From: Chlorokybus atmophyticus
Lineage: Eukaryota; Plantae; Mesostigma and Chlorokybus algae
Assembly: GCA_009103225.1 (NCBI GenBank)
Contig: RHPI01000026.1
Location: 1 to 64,000 of the forward strand
Length of the DNA: 64,000 nt
Direction of reading: 5' to 3'
The notes below the pieces were generated by a model. That model saw only the letters and a program-made list of their open reading frames with translations, was not told where the DNA came from and ran no database searches. Below are positions 25,935-39,064 of this stretch, one piece after another (positions within the stretch are counted from its first letter, which is position 1; each line of letters opens with the position of its first letter). A program made the translations under genes and the position numbers.

Positions 25935-28900
25935 TCAACAGGTGTCTCGTTGCAGGGTCTTCAGGGCCGACGATAGCAGCGCTTGAGGCTTGTGTGGCAG
26001 TGTGTCTAGCTGAGACTGAATGATATTCTCAGCCTGTTGCACGTCAAGCATGTTGGCAAGATTATAGTCATCGTCCTGCAACAGCTGCACAACGCTTGTA
26101 GCTTCTGGGCCTAGCTTGCTGCCACTGAAACAGACTTGCAAGATGTCCAGAGCAATGACTATCAGGTTGTCGACCTGCTCCAACACACAGCCGTAGTCGT
26201 GTTTGGCAAGGAGGGTTCAGCAATTGCATTCAGCATTTTGTGCTAGGCTAGATCACTGGCACACAGTTGAGGCTAAATGAAAGTACTGCTTTCTGACACT
26301 CAGATATCCACCAGCGCAACTCACCTGGGAAGCATGGACTGCCTGCATGGCTGCACATATCGCACCAAACATGTCAATGGCGAGGACTTTTGGTGCAGAG
26401 CAGTCTGCCAGCACGTCCTTGCAGAGGTGCGCAATATGGCGTATACAGTTGCTAACGCCAGTGTCAACAGCAGCAGGCTTATCCGCCGCTGTGACGTATG
26501 TGCACAAGGCTTGACTGGCAAACTGGACTGAAGCCGAGGCCATAGCCAGTTCCCTCAAGTCTCGCAGCTGATCATGGCTTGCAGCGGTTGCGTCGGAGCC
26601 CGTGGCGGGTGATGAAGGCAGAGGAGCCAGACCTGTAGCCAAGACTGCTGGTACCAGGCCCTGCAGGACGCTGTAGAACAGTGAATCATACAATCCGTAC
26701 GATTTTGAACAGAATACACTGTTGCAACAGGTATGTTGATGATGCTTGCCGTGCATACTGCAATGCGCGCACCGTAAACTCTCCATGTGAGTGCAGCAAG
26801 GCAATATTTCAGCGCAGCCAGACAGGAGATGTTGCCTAAAGCTTGCCCACCCATCATGTACACTCGCGCTGACCAACTGGTGGGCCATCTCTTTGAGCAG
26901 TTGATGTTCTGAGCGACAAAGCGGCATTCTTATCAAAGAAGCCTGAAGCAGGAGAGGTGGCGGGGAGGAANNNNNNNNNNNNNNNNNNNNNNNNNNNNNN
27001 NNNNNNNNNNNNNNNNNNNNNNNNNNNNNNNNNNNNNNNNNNNNNNNNNNNNNNNNNNNNNNNNNNNNNNNNNNNNNNNNNNNNNNNNNNNNNNNNNNNN
27101 NNNNNNNNNNNNNNNNNNNNNNNNNNNNNNNNNNNNNNNNNNNNNNNNNNNNNNNNNNNNNNNNNNNNNNNNNNNNNNNNNNNNNNNNNNNNNNNNNNNN
27201 NNNNNNNNNNNNNNNNNNNNNNNNNNNNNNNNNNNNNNNNNNNNNNNNNNNNNNNNNNNNNNNNNNNNACGCAGGGGTCGTATGGGACAGCACCTATGCT
27301 GCGAGTTGGATCGCTGGGACTTTTGGGTTGAAACTGCCAGTTCCATGTGTCTGCGCTTTGATCGCCGACATGCAAGCCAGGCTTGAGACCAGCTGCCAAC
27401 TGCAGCTGCTGAATGTATACTAAAGCATGGCGTTCACCAATGCAGCAGAACTCAATCCCCTCCCGTACAGACTTCTCTACATTGGAAGGGAAGCCATCCT
27501 GGGATCCAGTGCAAGAGGTCGGTCTGGACTGTGCCCCGTCAGGAGGCTCGACAAGGGAAGTCATAAGTGGAAGTAAGCGCAGTTGTGTGTGCCAGCAAAG
27601 CTGAGTCGCCGCTGCTTCCTGTAGCACAAGTTGAAAACCCAGGCCATCATGCACAAAATCATTGGATTGAGTTTGGTGTCAATGATATGGACGTGGACAA
27701 AAGACATGTGCTGTACCGCAAGCAATGGTAACCAGTCGAGCTCCTGTATAACTTCCTTGCCATCGCTAGCCAGCAACGTGCACAGCGCAAGCACGGCATC
27801 ATCCAGAAGTTCTGCAGCCAGCTGCACAGCCTGCAAGGAGACATGCGCCACACCAGTGTCTTTGTCTCGCTCGCCTTCTTGTGCTCTAGTAGCAGGCCTT
27901 GACTCCGTCAGAGCAGCCAGGGACAGGAGCAACATGTCAGGGGAGCACTGCGACAGCAGCTTGGCCGTCCTCATCAGGCCGTCCTCAGAAAGCGACTGAG
28001 GTATTAGAGCACGCAAGAGCCGCAACACAGTGAACATGTCCGCTGAGGCCTGCAATCAAGCAACAAGCAAGGCGTGGGCGCTTAACCACTGGCAGCAAAA
28101 TACACAGCATGCAACGAACGCTTACAGGCTGTGCTGAGATGACGGGTAGGATACAGTACTTCAGTAGCATAATGGGCTTGAGCAGGGACTCTGTTGGCAC
28201 CTGGCACAACAGGACAGCATCAATGCTGCAGACAGGCAATCTACCATCTATAACAACGGACAATGCAGTACCTCTATAGTATAGACAGTGAGCAGCTCTG
28301 TGACCAGTGCCACAAGGGCATCTGAAGAAGTGCCAACCACCGTTGCCGAGCGCATGGCAAGTGTGCCCAATGTAACCAGCAGCATAGGCAGATCTGCACC
28401 AACCAGCTGGTACCGAGCCAGGGCAGACAACTCCCTAAAGACATCAGTAACGACAGGCACCTTTCCTGCATCCAGCAGATGCACGTGTTACTAATCTAAT
28501 GCGACCTGATGCCACAACAGCACAGCAGATGCTGTTGTGGCACAAACAATGAAGGAATTCACCTTCAAGGTGGACAGCATCCGCCACCAGCTGAGAAACC
28601 ACGACATCAGGAACAGCTACTGCAACTGGTGCCAGGGCTCTTGAGAACGCCAAAGCTGGTGGGGTGGTGCCATCGCCTGTGCCGTAAGCAGGCAGACTAT
28701 GGCTATTGGCAACTTGCCTGTTGGTCAAGCGGATCAGTGCCCTCCTGCATTCTAAGCGAAGCCCGCTGTCAGCTGCAATGTACTCTCTAACCAGCTCAAA
28801 GTCGTTCTCCAACATAACACGGCTTACGATCTGACTACGGTGTACAGGGTCTTCTACAATGACCAGCGCCGACAATGCTATTCGCAGCACCGTCGCAAAA

Positions 28901-30360
28901 CGCGGCCCGGGTTCTAGTTTTACTTTGTTCAAATGCATCTCTAGTGCCTTGAAGAGCTCCAAGACAACTGCCGCCGACGGTGCCTCACATATTCCTTCCA
29001 CGTGTTCACGTGGCCCAGTGTCCGGTAACTTGAGCAGCAAAAGCGGACTGTCTCTGTGACAAACACGGGCTTGCAGCATTGACAAACAGCGAGGGCGCAA
29101 CAGCAGCTTGGGTGACTGTATGATCATCCACAGCGCGGCATCTCCATCAGTCTGGATAGCAGCGCCATCGGTTCTATCAGAAGGCTGCATGAACCATTCT
29201 CCAAGACATAAGTGACCATGCAGCGCAGTGGCTGTCGACTTGCCACCCCCCGTTACACTTGTTAAACCCTCTGCTAGAGATGGTGCTTCCTTGACAAGAG
29301 CAGCAACTAACACGGGTACTTCCTGTGTTGAAGCAGGGTAAACGGTTAATTTTAGTTTTGCGATGCAACCTGCCGCATTGCCAACTGGCACACTTACTTG
29401 CCTGTGCCGGGCACTTGTGCAGACAGGCAATCAGGTGAGGAAGAGCAGATGGCAGTGTAGCCACAGCAGCAATAAGGGGGGTGGGAAGCTGCCATGACGC
29501 ATATGCGCAAAAGCTGTCTTCATGCTCATGCCCTGTGCAAACATGCCTAGACAGGATGAGCTGCTGGAAAAGGGTCACATGTGTTGAATCGCATATCTGT
29601 GTCCGAGTGGCTGACCTTGTTGTTGCCATATGTCCCATGTGTCGAACAAGATGGCGCAGATGTCATGCCATGTTGCAGCTTCCTCATCATTGTTTGCTTG
29701 TATCTCAGTCACATACTTGCCCAAGCACTCAGCCAGCATTGTCCATGCCTTGTTGTCCTCGTCATTGGCTTGCTTTTCAGCAAGCAATTGTCGCCAAGAG
29801 GTGAAGAAAGGGGCCAGTTCTTTCTGCAATGGTGTTGGTTGAACTTATCAGCAGACACTCCATGCCAATTGTGCGCTGCAATGTACATAGCGACGGGTAT
29901 GCTATTACCATAAGCAGCGCCATGCCAGCAATGCAAAGGCGTTCACACAAACGTTTTTGTACAAATGTCGTCTGTACAATGTACTCCACCAGACATGCTA
30001 GCCTACAGCTGACAAACCTTAATCCGCTCAACTCTTGAGCTGCTTCGCGGGATAGCTACCAAAACAGCTTCACGTGCTTCCTTGGTCAACCTGCCAGCTG
30101 GCGGCTTGGCGCTTTGGCGGCGGCGGGTGCCTGCCGCCATGTGTGTCGCAGCTCGCCTTTCAGTCGGACTTGGGCGATCTGCCCTGCTGCCAGTGCTTCA
30201 CCGCTCTTGGCAACACCAGCAGCAGCGACAGCAGTAGCAGCACGACTAGCAGCACGTCAGTCGGCCCGAGCTGCTTCACTTCCCGCCCCAGCCCTTCCGC
30301 CGCCGTCTCCGCCGCAGCGCGTGCCGTCTCGCCAGCTTGCATGCTGACGCCAAGCACCAT
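25935..30360 (-). CDS. Unknown large alpha-helical (ARM/HEAT-like) protein, multi-exon; 5' end uncertain
   Basis: Long open Leu/Ala-rich exons (28444-29430, 27561-28055, 26253-26908) joined by GT-AG introns in compatible phases; ends LSSALKTLQRDTC* at 25935. A decayed paralog at 50.2-52.6 kb supports the exon frames. Confidence 0.65.
26971..27268. other. 298-N assembly gap inside a predicted intron (27293-26909) of the unknown gene
   Basis: Run of n. The flanking donor ATAG|GTGCTG and acceptor CTCAG|AACAT give in-frame RSIEHQLLKE. Confidence 0.9.
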
Positions 30361-31137
30361 GACTGCGAGCAGCCATATAACATGCGTGCTTCAGCTTGAC
30401 CCAAATTGTTATCAAACACAGGCTTAACACCAAGACAACCGCTTCATAACTCAACGGCTGGTAGCAACAACCAGGTGGGCAAGTCAACAGGCACAGCGGA
30501 TTGCGTCGCCCATTGCCAATTGGACGCTCTTCAACAAGCAGCGAAGCACGGAACGAACAAGCACATCAATGGCTGCAAGCAGCTATAAACCTCACCTCAG
30601 CAGCTGAACTCCAATTTCGAGTCACCTCAGGCTGCTGGTAGGCAAACACAAGCCGGCTTCGGAAAACAGCCTACGAGGCCGTCCTCTCACCACAAACTCC
30701 TGCAGACTACCGCAACATGCGCAATCGTGAGCAGAACACCCAAATACCACAGCGCCTCTCCCCTACACCACAGGCACAGGCGGCAGGCAATGCCACAGGC
30801 AGCAGCAGCAGCAGCAAGTTCATCTTGCCTGAGCCGTCAGCAGATCTCGCTCGCGGTCCAGAGAACCTTTCCGACCCAGTTCCACAAACCCATTTCTTGT
30901 ATCGGAAGAGGCAGAGAACGATCCAGATGCAGTTACGCAACGTACCAAGGATGGTATCGTATTTAGGGTTTAAGACGACTTTGCCTTGGGCAGGGTAGCG
31001 GCGGCGGCGGTGGCGGCGGCAGTGTGGCGGGGTGTACGTGCTTCTTAATGGTGCTGTGTAGCTGCAAGTGGTTGTGTTAAATGATGTGGTCTGTGAGGCG
31101 ATGAGTTGATAGTTTTGGAGAAGGGTTAGTTGCGAGC

Positions 31138-34100
31138 ATGGCGCTGGTAGCGGCTGAGGCTGCTGCGGCGCCTTCCGCTCCAGGGCCTTCCGGCAGGCAG
31201 CCGGATGTGTCATCTGAGTGGGAGAAGCAGAAGCGCAATCCTCCGCCTCCCAATCTGCAAGCAGTCTCTGCGCCGCACATTGCCTCCTTTGACTGGCTGC
31301 TGTCCCAAGGCATACACGAAGCCATTTCAAGGGTAGAGCCAGTGGAGGTCACGCATACCAGCACCAACGCTCGTCTGCGAGATATCCCCTCTGCTGCTAG
31401 CTTGTCTTATGTTCCCTTGTTGCTTGTATCAAGTGCAGTACACCATAGCAAGTGTCTTTTCGTCATTGTGCATGCTCGCTGTACATTACTAGTGCAGCTC
31501 ATCTCATATGCATGCATAATCAGGCGTTGCGTGCTTTGTGCTAAGTACGTTAGCCACGATTGTTCCCGCCTTGACTGCTTCGCACTGTGGATGGAAAATT
31601 TGGTTCCGCATCATCCCCTGAAGGATCTCAGCGAAAATGCAGCCGACGAGCGACTACTGCCCAGCGAGGTAGGTGTGTAAGCGCTTGACCTTGCCCTCTA
31701 ATTGTAATTGTACACATGGAGGCGTTACCTATATGACCAAGGTTTCATGTCAGTCCTTGGCTCATTGTTTGTGCTGACATGCGTGCTTGTCGTGTGCTTT
31801 GCAGTGCCGGGAAGGGGGGCTTACGTACAGCGGGTCATTATCAGTTGATGTATGCTACCAAGTGGATACGGGACCTGTACAGCGCGCTACAAGGAAGGCC
31901 GGACAGTTTCCTGTCATTGTTCTGGTGCGCATGATACAAGCAATGCTTCATGGTGTTGGTTGCAAGCCACACGCTTCGCATGCAATTTGCCAATTGCTTC
32001 TGTCCATCACAGTCATCCTCCTCACGCCGGGCTGGTGTTGCAGTCAAAGCTGTGCCACCTGCGAGGGTTGTCGCAACAGCAGCTTGTCAAGGCAAAGGAG
32101 GAGCCGTTAGAGTTTGGCGGGTAAGTCACTTTGTTGTGTTGATCTTTCAACTCGAGTGTGCTGCGACAATACTGATTTAGGATACGAATCAGGTACTTCA
32201 TTGTGAACGGTATTGAGCGCATCATCCGCATGCTCATCCAGCCTCGCCGCCACCATGTTTTTGCGCTGAGGAGGTCTGCCTTCCTTAAGCGTGGTCCTCA
32301 GTACACAGATTATGGGACTACCATCAGGTACTTCGCACCCTGGCTTGAAGATGATTCGACATACGCAGTGTCACTTGCTAACATGCCTGCTCTTACAGGT
32401 GTGTACGTCCCGACCAATCAGCAATTACAGTGCGGCTGTATTATCTCCAGACGGGTTCATGTACTGTTGGGTTTAGTCTGCGGCGGCGCGAATATCTGAT
32501 ACCTGTTGGAGTTGTCCTTAAGGTATGTGCCCAACCATAATGCAGCATAGTAGTCACAAACTGCAGGCAAGCTTGCCAAGAACCTGGCATGGTATACATT
32601 CATGGTTGCATGCAATTGATAGTGCCGTCAGTCTGTTGGTGCTAGTCGTTTTCATTCTGAAAGCTGTACATGCAGGCCATGATGGAAACTACGGATCGTG
32701 AGGTTTATGAGAAGCTTGCAGCACCCAGCAGCCTTGGAAGCTCTGATCCAGAGGTATGTGCCTGATCAGGATGCACACGTCCTGACTGTGCTTCACCCAT
32801 GTGTCTCTCGCTCCACGTGCAGTTGGATGCAGCTGTGCAATACGCCATGGAACGAGCAGAGTTGTTGCTTCAAGAGACACAGAGGCTGGAGCTGTACACT
32901 CGTCAACACTGCCTTGCGTACTTGGGAAACCGGTTCCGTAGCGTGTTAGAAGTGCCCGAGACCAAAACAGACGTGGCGGTGAGGATGACTTGCATCAGGT
33001 TATGCATAACAGCTCTGTGGTCAATAAGCTGATTGCACGTCCATTACTGCTGCCTGGCAGGTCGGGGAGCAACTTCTCAATGACTACATCTTTGTCCACC
33101 TGTCACAACCCCACGACAAGTTCAACCTTCTGATATTCATGCTGCGCAAGCTGTTTGCACTTACCAGTGGAGCCATCGCTGCCGACAATGGTGATGCATT
33201 GCATCTTCAAGAATTGTTGCTTCCAGGCCATCTCATCAACATGTTTCTCAAGGTGCACGCAATTTGAACAGCGCCAGCAGCCCTCGAGGTCATGCAGCTG
33301 TACGATTGTGACTGACATTCCAACTTGCTACTGTCTGCTTTCAGGAAAAGATGCAGGAGTGGCTCAGAAAGTTTAAAGTCAACGTAGTAAAAAGTCTCGT
33401 AGAGGGTCTTGGGCCAAAACAAGCAGTCGACTTCAATGATCCAGCATATTTCAAGACAATCCTTGACAGAACACCGATTGACCTTGGGCAGAAGTTGGAA
33501 TACCTTCTCTCCACTGGCAATCTCCAATCCACAAGCGGGCTGGACCTGCAGCAGGTGAGTGGCTGGAACTTGCAATACTCCACAGTATGGCCGCCCTCTG
33601 GTAATGACGCTGATGCCGCCTGCACATTCCAGGCGACAGGTTTTACAGTGGTTGCCGAGAAGTTGAACTATCTGCGCTATTTGTCACACTTCCGGTCTGT
33701 TCATCGAGGCGCTTACTTTGCGGAGCTTCGAACTACAACCGTACGCAAGCTTCTACCAGAGTAAGCTTCTCGACTTCCGGCTGTTGCTTCTGTATCATTG
33801 CTTGCCTATCACTTGTCACCTGGACTGACACAACAACTTGGCAGATCGTGGGGTTTCATGTGTCCCGTGCACACCCCAGACGGGTCGCCTTGCGGCTTGC
33901 TCAACCACTTGACGATGACCTGTCAAGTGGTCACCGAAGTGCGTACTGATGAAAGTACCACAGAAAAGGCCATCGCCGAAGCTCTTGCTGACCGCGGCAT
34001 GATGCCGTTGTCGGCATCGCTGCCGTTACCACAGCCCCCTGCCTATCTCCCCGTCATGCTTGACGGCAGACTTCTTGGCTGCATCGCAAACGCAAATATC

Positions 34101-36594
34101 TCGTTTGCTGTTGCGGAGTTGCGTGCCCTGAAAGTTGACCGTCAGAGCAAGGTGAGCACATCCCAGCGTGTTCTGAAGCAGATTGCTCCTGCAGACTACT
34201 TTGTTAAGCTGCAAGTATGGTCCTGCCATAGGTACCGGAGCATCTCGAAGTTGCTTACATACCTCCTGAGCGATTCGGCCCATACCCTGGCTTGTTTCTG
34301 TTCACGCAAGCAGCAAGAATGATAAGGCCTGTCCAGCAAAGTGCTTCTGGCAAAAGGGAGATGATTGGCACATTCGAGCAGGTGCGTACATAATAGTCAG
34401 CAATTGGCAACCCTGCGCAAACGTGTCCTTACATGCATGAGACATGTTCTGGCAGGTGTACATGGACATTTACTGCCAGGATGGCGGTAATGGAGGCGGC
34501 ACAGAAGCAACGCATGTGGAGCTGCACCCCACTTCCATGCTTAGCATTGTGGCTAACCTGACACCCTGGTCAGACTACAACCAAAGTCCTCGTAACATGT
34601 ACCAGTGTCAGGTAAGCAGGGTTGCTTTACAGGCTGTTAGCATCAGGCAATCAGTGACATACTCGCCATGCTGAGCATTGTTTACATCGCAGATGGGAAA
34701 GCAAACTATGGGCCATACCATGCACTCGCAAAACCACAGGCCTGAGAATAAGGCTTACCGACTGCAGGTACTGCCCAAACTGGCCTCGACCTACAACATT
34801 GAAGTTGAACATGCCCTTCAAGCTTGCCACTAACTTGCATCAATCTACAGAGCCCGCAGACCCCCATCTGTAGGACAGATGTGTATGACCGGTACCCTAT
34901 GGACGACTATCCTGTCGGCACGAACGCCATTGTCGCTGTCATATCCTACACCGGGTATGACATGGAGGATGCCATGATTATCAACAAGTCTTCCATGGAG
35001 CGCGGCTTCTGCCACGCTTCCCTCTACAAGGTGTGTGTCGCCCCGATCTAAACCTACGCAACCAGTGTCCAAGGCTTAAGCTGTCTGTATTGCGCAGACA
35101 GAGACAGTAGACCTCAGGTCGCTACGGTCACAAGGCCAACCGATCACCAATGTGTTCGCCCGCGGTACTGATGACAAGTCCGGCAAAAGCAAGTTGGATC
35201 GGTTTGTTGATAGGGATGGCCTGCCTTTCATTGGCCAGGTCAGTTGTGTTTTGGTTCTTATTTTACCAGTCTTGGGCATGACTAACTGTGGGTAGCCGAT
35301 GTTTGCAGCCGCTGGTCAGTGACGAGCCATATTGCAGCACGGTGAACACGATCACAGGGAAGGCGAAGGTGCACAAGCTGAAGGGCACAGAGAGTGCAGT
35401 GGTGGAGCACGTCGCTCTGGTTGGCTGTGGTGCCACAGAGCAGCTACAAGCTGCCAAGGTGTGTGCGCGTGCGTCTGTGCATGTTGAGTCCTTCCTGTTT
35501 GCTGGTGTGCCAGGCACTCAGATAGTCCTGAACAAAAAGCGGAAGCAATGACGCTGTCCATCAGCTGTGATTTGTTCTCTCGTCAGCTTCAGGCATATTG
35601 TTTATGCACTGTACAATGGGTGAGCCCCTGTATTCACCACATGACATCCCGGCTCAATCCACGGTGCTACATGCACTTGGTCACACCTGTGCAACGAGTC
35701 TCCATCAGACACAACACTGACAACACTCCTTGTCACCAACAGATCAAGTTGAGGTATAACCGCAATCCCGTCATCGGCGACAAGTTCAGCAGTCGCCACG
35801 GGCAGAAAGGTGTCCTGAGCCAGCTCTGGCCAGATGAAGACATGCCGTGGGCAGCAACCACCGGGATGCGTCCGGACATCATCATCAACCCGCATGCCTT
35901 CCCGAGTCGCATGACCATTGGCATGCTGGTGGAGAGCATGGCTGGCAAGGCCGGTGCCCTACATGGCAAGTACCAGCGGGCGACTCCTTTCCAGTTTGAC
36001 GTTAAGGATGAGGAGGGCGGCGTGGTGGGCAAGTACGGCCGCGAGCTCGCTAAGGCGGGCTTCAATTACCACGGCACGGAGATCATGCACAGCGGCGTGC
36101 TTGGCACAGAGCTCCACTGCGAGATCTACCTCGGCGTGGTGTACTACCAGAGGCTCCGTCACATGGTGTCGGACAAGTTCCAGGTGCGCAGCACGGGACC
36201 CATCAACCCGGTCACGCACCAGCCCGTGAAGGGCCGCAAGCTCGGGGGCGGGATTCGCTTCGGGGAGATGGAACGAGACTCCCTCCTCGCCCACGGCGCG
36301 GCCTTCCTCCTCCACGACCGCCTGCACACGTGCTCGGACTACCATGTCTGCGACGTGTGCACCATCTGCGGCAGCATGTTGTCGACCAACCCCGTCCCGC
36401 GCGGTGTGGATGTGGGACTTGCTCCTAATGCGGGCGTGGGTGGTGGCGGCGGTGGTAACCACCAGCGGCGCGTGGAGTGCCGGGTGTGCAAGACCGGAAG
36501 GGGCATTGAGCGCGTGGCCATGCCTTATGTGTTCAGGTACTTGGCGTCCGAGCTGGCGGCGATGAACATGCGCGTGCAGCTAGAGGTGGCGTAG
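31138..36594 (+). CDS. RPA2: DNA-directed RNA polymerase I second-largest subunit (RPA2/RPA135), about 20 exons
   Basis: PHIASFD; [10 protein letters not shown]; [63 protein letters not shown]; [15 protein letters not shown]; [19 protein letters not shown]; [11 protein letters not shown]; [16 protein letters not shown]. Confidence 0.97.
31382..31585 (+). other. U12-type (minor spliceosome) AT-AC intron, first intron of RPA2
   Basis: 5' end G|ATATCCCCT; branch CCTTGAC at 31569-31575, with the A 11 nt from the 3' end; 3' end GCAC|TG. Splicing yields NARLRVWMENL. Confidence 0.8.
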
Positions 36595-37209
36595 AGGTTG
36601 AGGGATAGCTGTCATGTTGTGGCTGGAGAATTGTTACTTGCTGCTCTGGCACTGGTAGTCTGTGCTGGCTGGTGTGTGCAGCAGGTGTGTAGGTTGGTGA
36701 GATAGTTGTACAGACACGTGAATTGCTGCAAATTTTGCTCACACCCTGTGAGCAATTGTTGTTGTTTTGTTGTGGCGCATCACCGACTGTTGTTCCAGCA
36801 ATGTACCTCCAAAGGTAGTGTTGGCCTGCCTTCCATGCACTCATAACTCTTGCAGAAGATGAGACAACACTCCATCAATGTGCACACATGGTTTGTCTCA
36901 CAGGGACTGAATGTCTTTGGTTGGTTGTGCACCATGGCGATTGTGTAATTCCACTGACACACAAGTACAACTCTCACGTTGTCGCACTTGCACAGTGATT
37001 GTAGATATGTGCATACAGTGTTTCAGCTATGTGTATCGCATGCCAAGTGGTTCTGCAGCAGTTGCCATCGGTGCAATTTACTCAAATAGATCGTTGTACA
37101 AGGCATGGACATCTGCCGACAATTTCCCAAGACGGATGAATGAAAAACCAAATTAGGGCACCCGTGGTGTTAACCTACACCAGAACTGCATGCCATCCAT
37201 CCGTCTGCT

Positions 37210-38725
37210 TCACCAGAAGTTGGCTTTGATCCCGCTGGGCCGATCCCCCCTCGGCTTCTCATACTTCGACTCCACAACAGGCACCAACCCCGCCACCGCC
37301 AGATGACTCGCATCCCCTAGTCCGATCAGTCGCGGGGCGGCGAAGTCGGGCGAACGCTCGTCGAACAGCACGGTCGTGACGCTGCTGGGAGGCAACCAGA
37401 AGGACGCCCATGCGTGGGCCAGTGGGAGGGAGAGGAGGTGGGACAGGAGAGTGAGACCGAAACCACCGTGGCAGAAGAGAGCTAAGACGTCGCGGTTGGG
37501 CTGGACTATCCTGTACCTGGTGGAGTGTGGGTAGAGGGGATGAGGTGTGGGTGGGCGTTGGAAATGTACAGGATCGAGGACATATATGTGTCTATAAGCG
37601 TGCACGGGCGCGCGTGTTCATACCTGCCGCCCTCGCGCACGTAGCCATGGCGTGCAATGAATGCATCAGCGCAGGCGCACAGCTCCTCATACTGGCCCCG
37701 AACCTGTTCACAGCACAGCACACCATAAGCTACCAATGACCGTGTGAGACACACACACGCATGCCCGCACACACGCGTGCCGGCTCCTATGCATACTCAG
37801 CAAAGGCCTCTGCTAACGCCATCATCATAACCCAACCCCTCTCACCTGGTTCATGCCTGGCACGACATCCCACTGCGTGCGCTCCGTGAGCGGCTCCGCC
37901 ACCACGCCACCACGTATGAGCTCTCCTACACACAAGAGATTATCACACACACGCACACGCACACGCACACGCACACACCACATGCCACACCACCATACAA
38001 CAACAACATTATCTCACCAGGCGTGTCCCACAGGGCGTACCCGCCCTCGCCAGGCTTGCGACCATACGTCGAGCGGCCCCAAGACGACAGCTCCTTGGAC
38101 CAATCCTCAACATCCGCCTTCAGACCAGATGCATCCTCAAAGTACCTAACATCACACGATGAAGACGTTGTCTCGCTGACCAACATAACACAAGCACAAT
38201 GTGAGTATCAGTTGGAAAACTGATACTCGTGCACACAAGGTGGAGTAAGAATTTCTTCTCAAACAGCCCGATACATGACAAGGCACCACTCCAATGCATG
38301 CCAAGTACGACACGCGCATCACCACACCAGATAGATCTCTCTAATCCTGCGGCACGCAGAAACATCCAGCACTCATGCACAGTTCACTCATTCTCTATCA
38401 CCGTATCGACTGCAAACTTGTGTTCACTCATCCATGTATGCATGCATGCTGTGAATGCTCTCACTGAGCAGCTAGAGGACCGTGACATCAGCATGCTCAC
38501 CACCACCGTCACACCGGCATCACATTTTGCACCTACTCCTACGGACTTGGCGGTGTCTCTAGCTCTGCCCATCGGCGACGTGTACGCCTTCGTGACGGGA
38601 TGCTCCCGGTAGCCCATGCCGTCGACCAGGTGGCGGGCGAGCGCCGCCGCTTGCGCCCGCCCCACCTCGGTCAGAGTGTCCCCATTGTACTCCGGGTCCG
38701 CGTGACGGATGATCAGGAGCCTCAT
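37210..38725 (-). CDS. Histidine phosphatase / phosphoglycerate-mutase family protein of bacterial type, with spliceosomal introns
   Basis: MRLLIIRHADPEYNGDTLTEVGRAQA (RHA motif); YTSPMGRARDTA; ALWDTPG; FIARHGYVREGGRYRIVQPNRDVLALFCHGGFGLTLLSHLL; FWLPPSSVTTVLFDERS; LIGLGDASHL; ends GIKANFW*. Confidence 0.9.
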
Positions 38726-39033
38726 GGCGGACAAGGAGGACGACGACGACCTCCTGGCCGCCGCCGCCGCCGCCGCCGCCGATGGTCCTGGTGGAAACAC
38801 TGGCAGGGTGCAGATACTGCAGCTAGATACCGCATCTCTGAAGCAAGGTACCTTCAATCACGCAGAGTTGAGAGATGCAGTATCTTGATTGATTATCTTC
38901 GCGCAGGTCACGTGATGTTATACGACAGACCGCAGGGCAAAAGCTTCTCGTATGCGGCGGCCTCTATTTCTGGGCTTGTCACGTGGGAGAAATGGTTGTG
39001 CGAGAGAGAAGGAGGCAGAGAGGCAGGGACAGA

Positions 39034-39064
<31 letters not shown>

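Noticed and set aside
28135-28155. GTATCCTAC on the minus strand as a second U12 5' splice site
   Set aside because: It lies in frame within coding sequence (KYCILPVISAQP), and a canonical GTAAGC donor follows in the correct phase.
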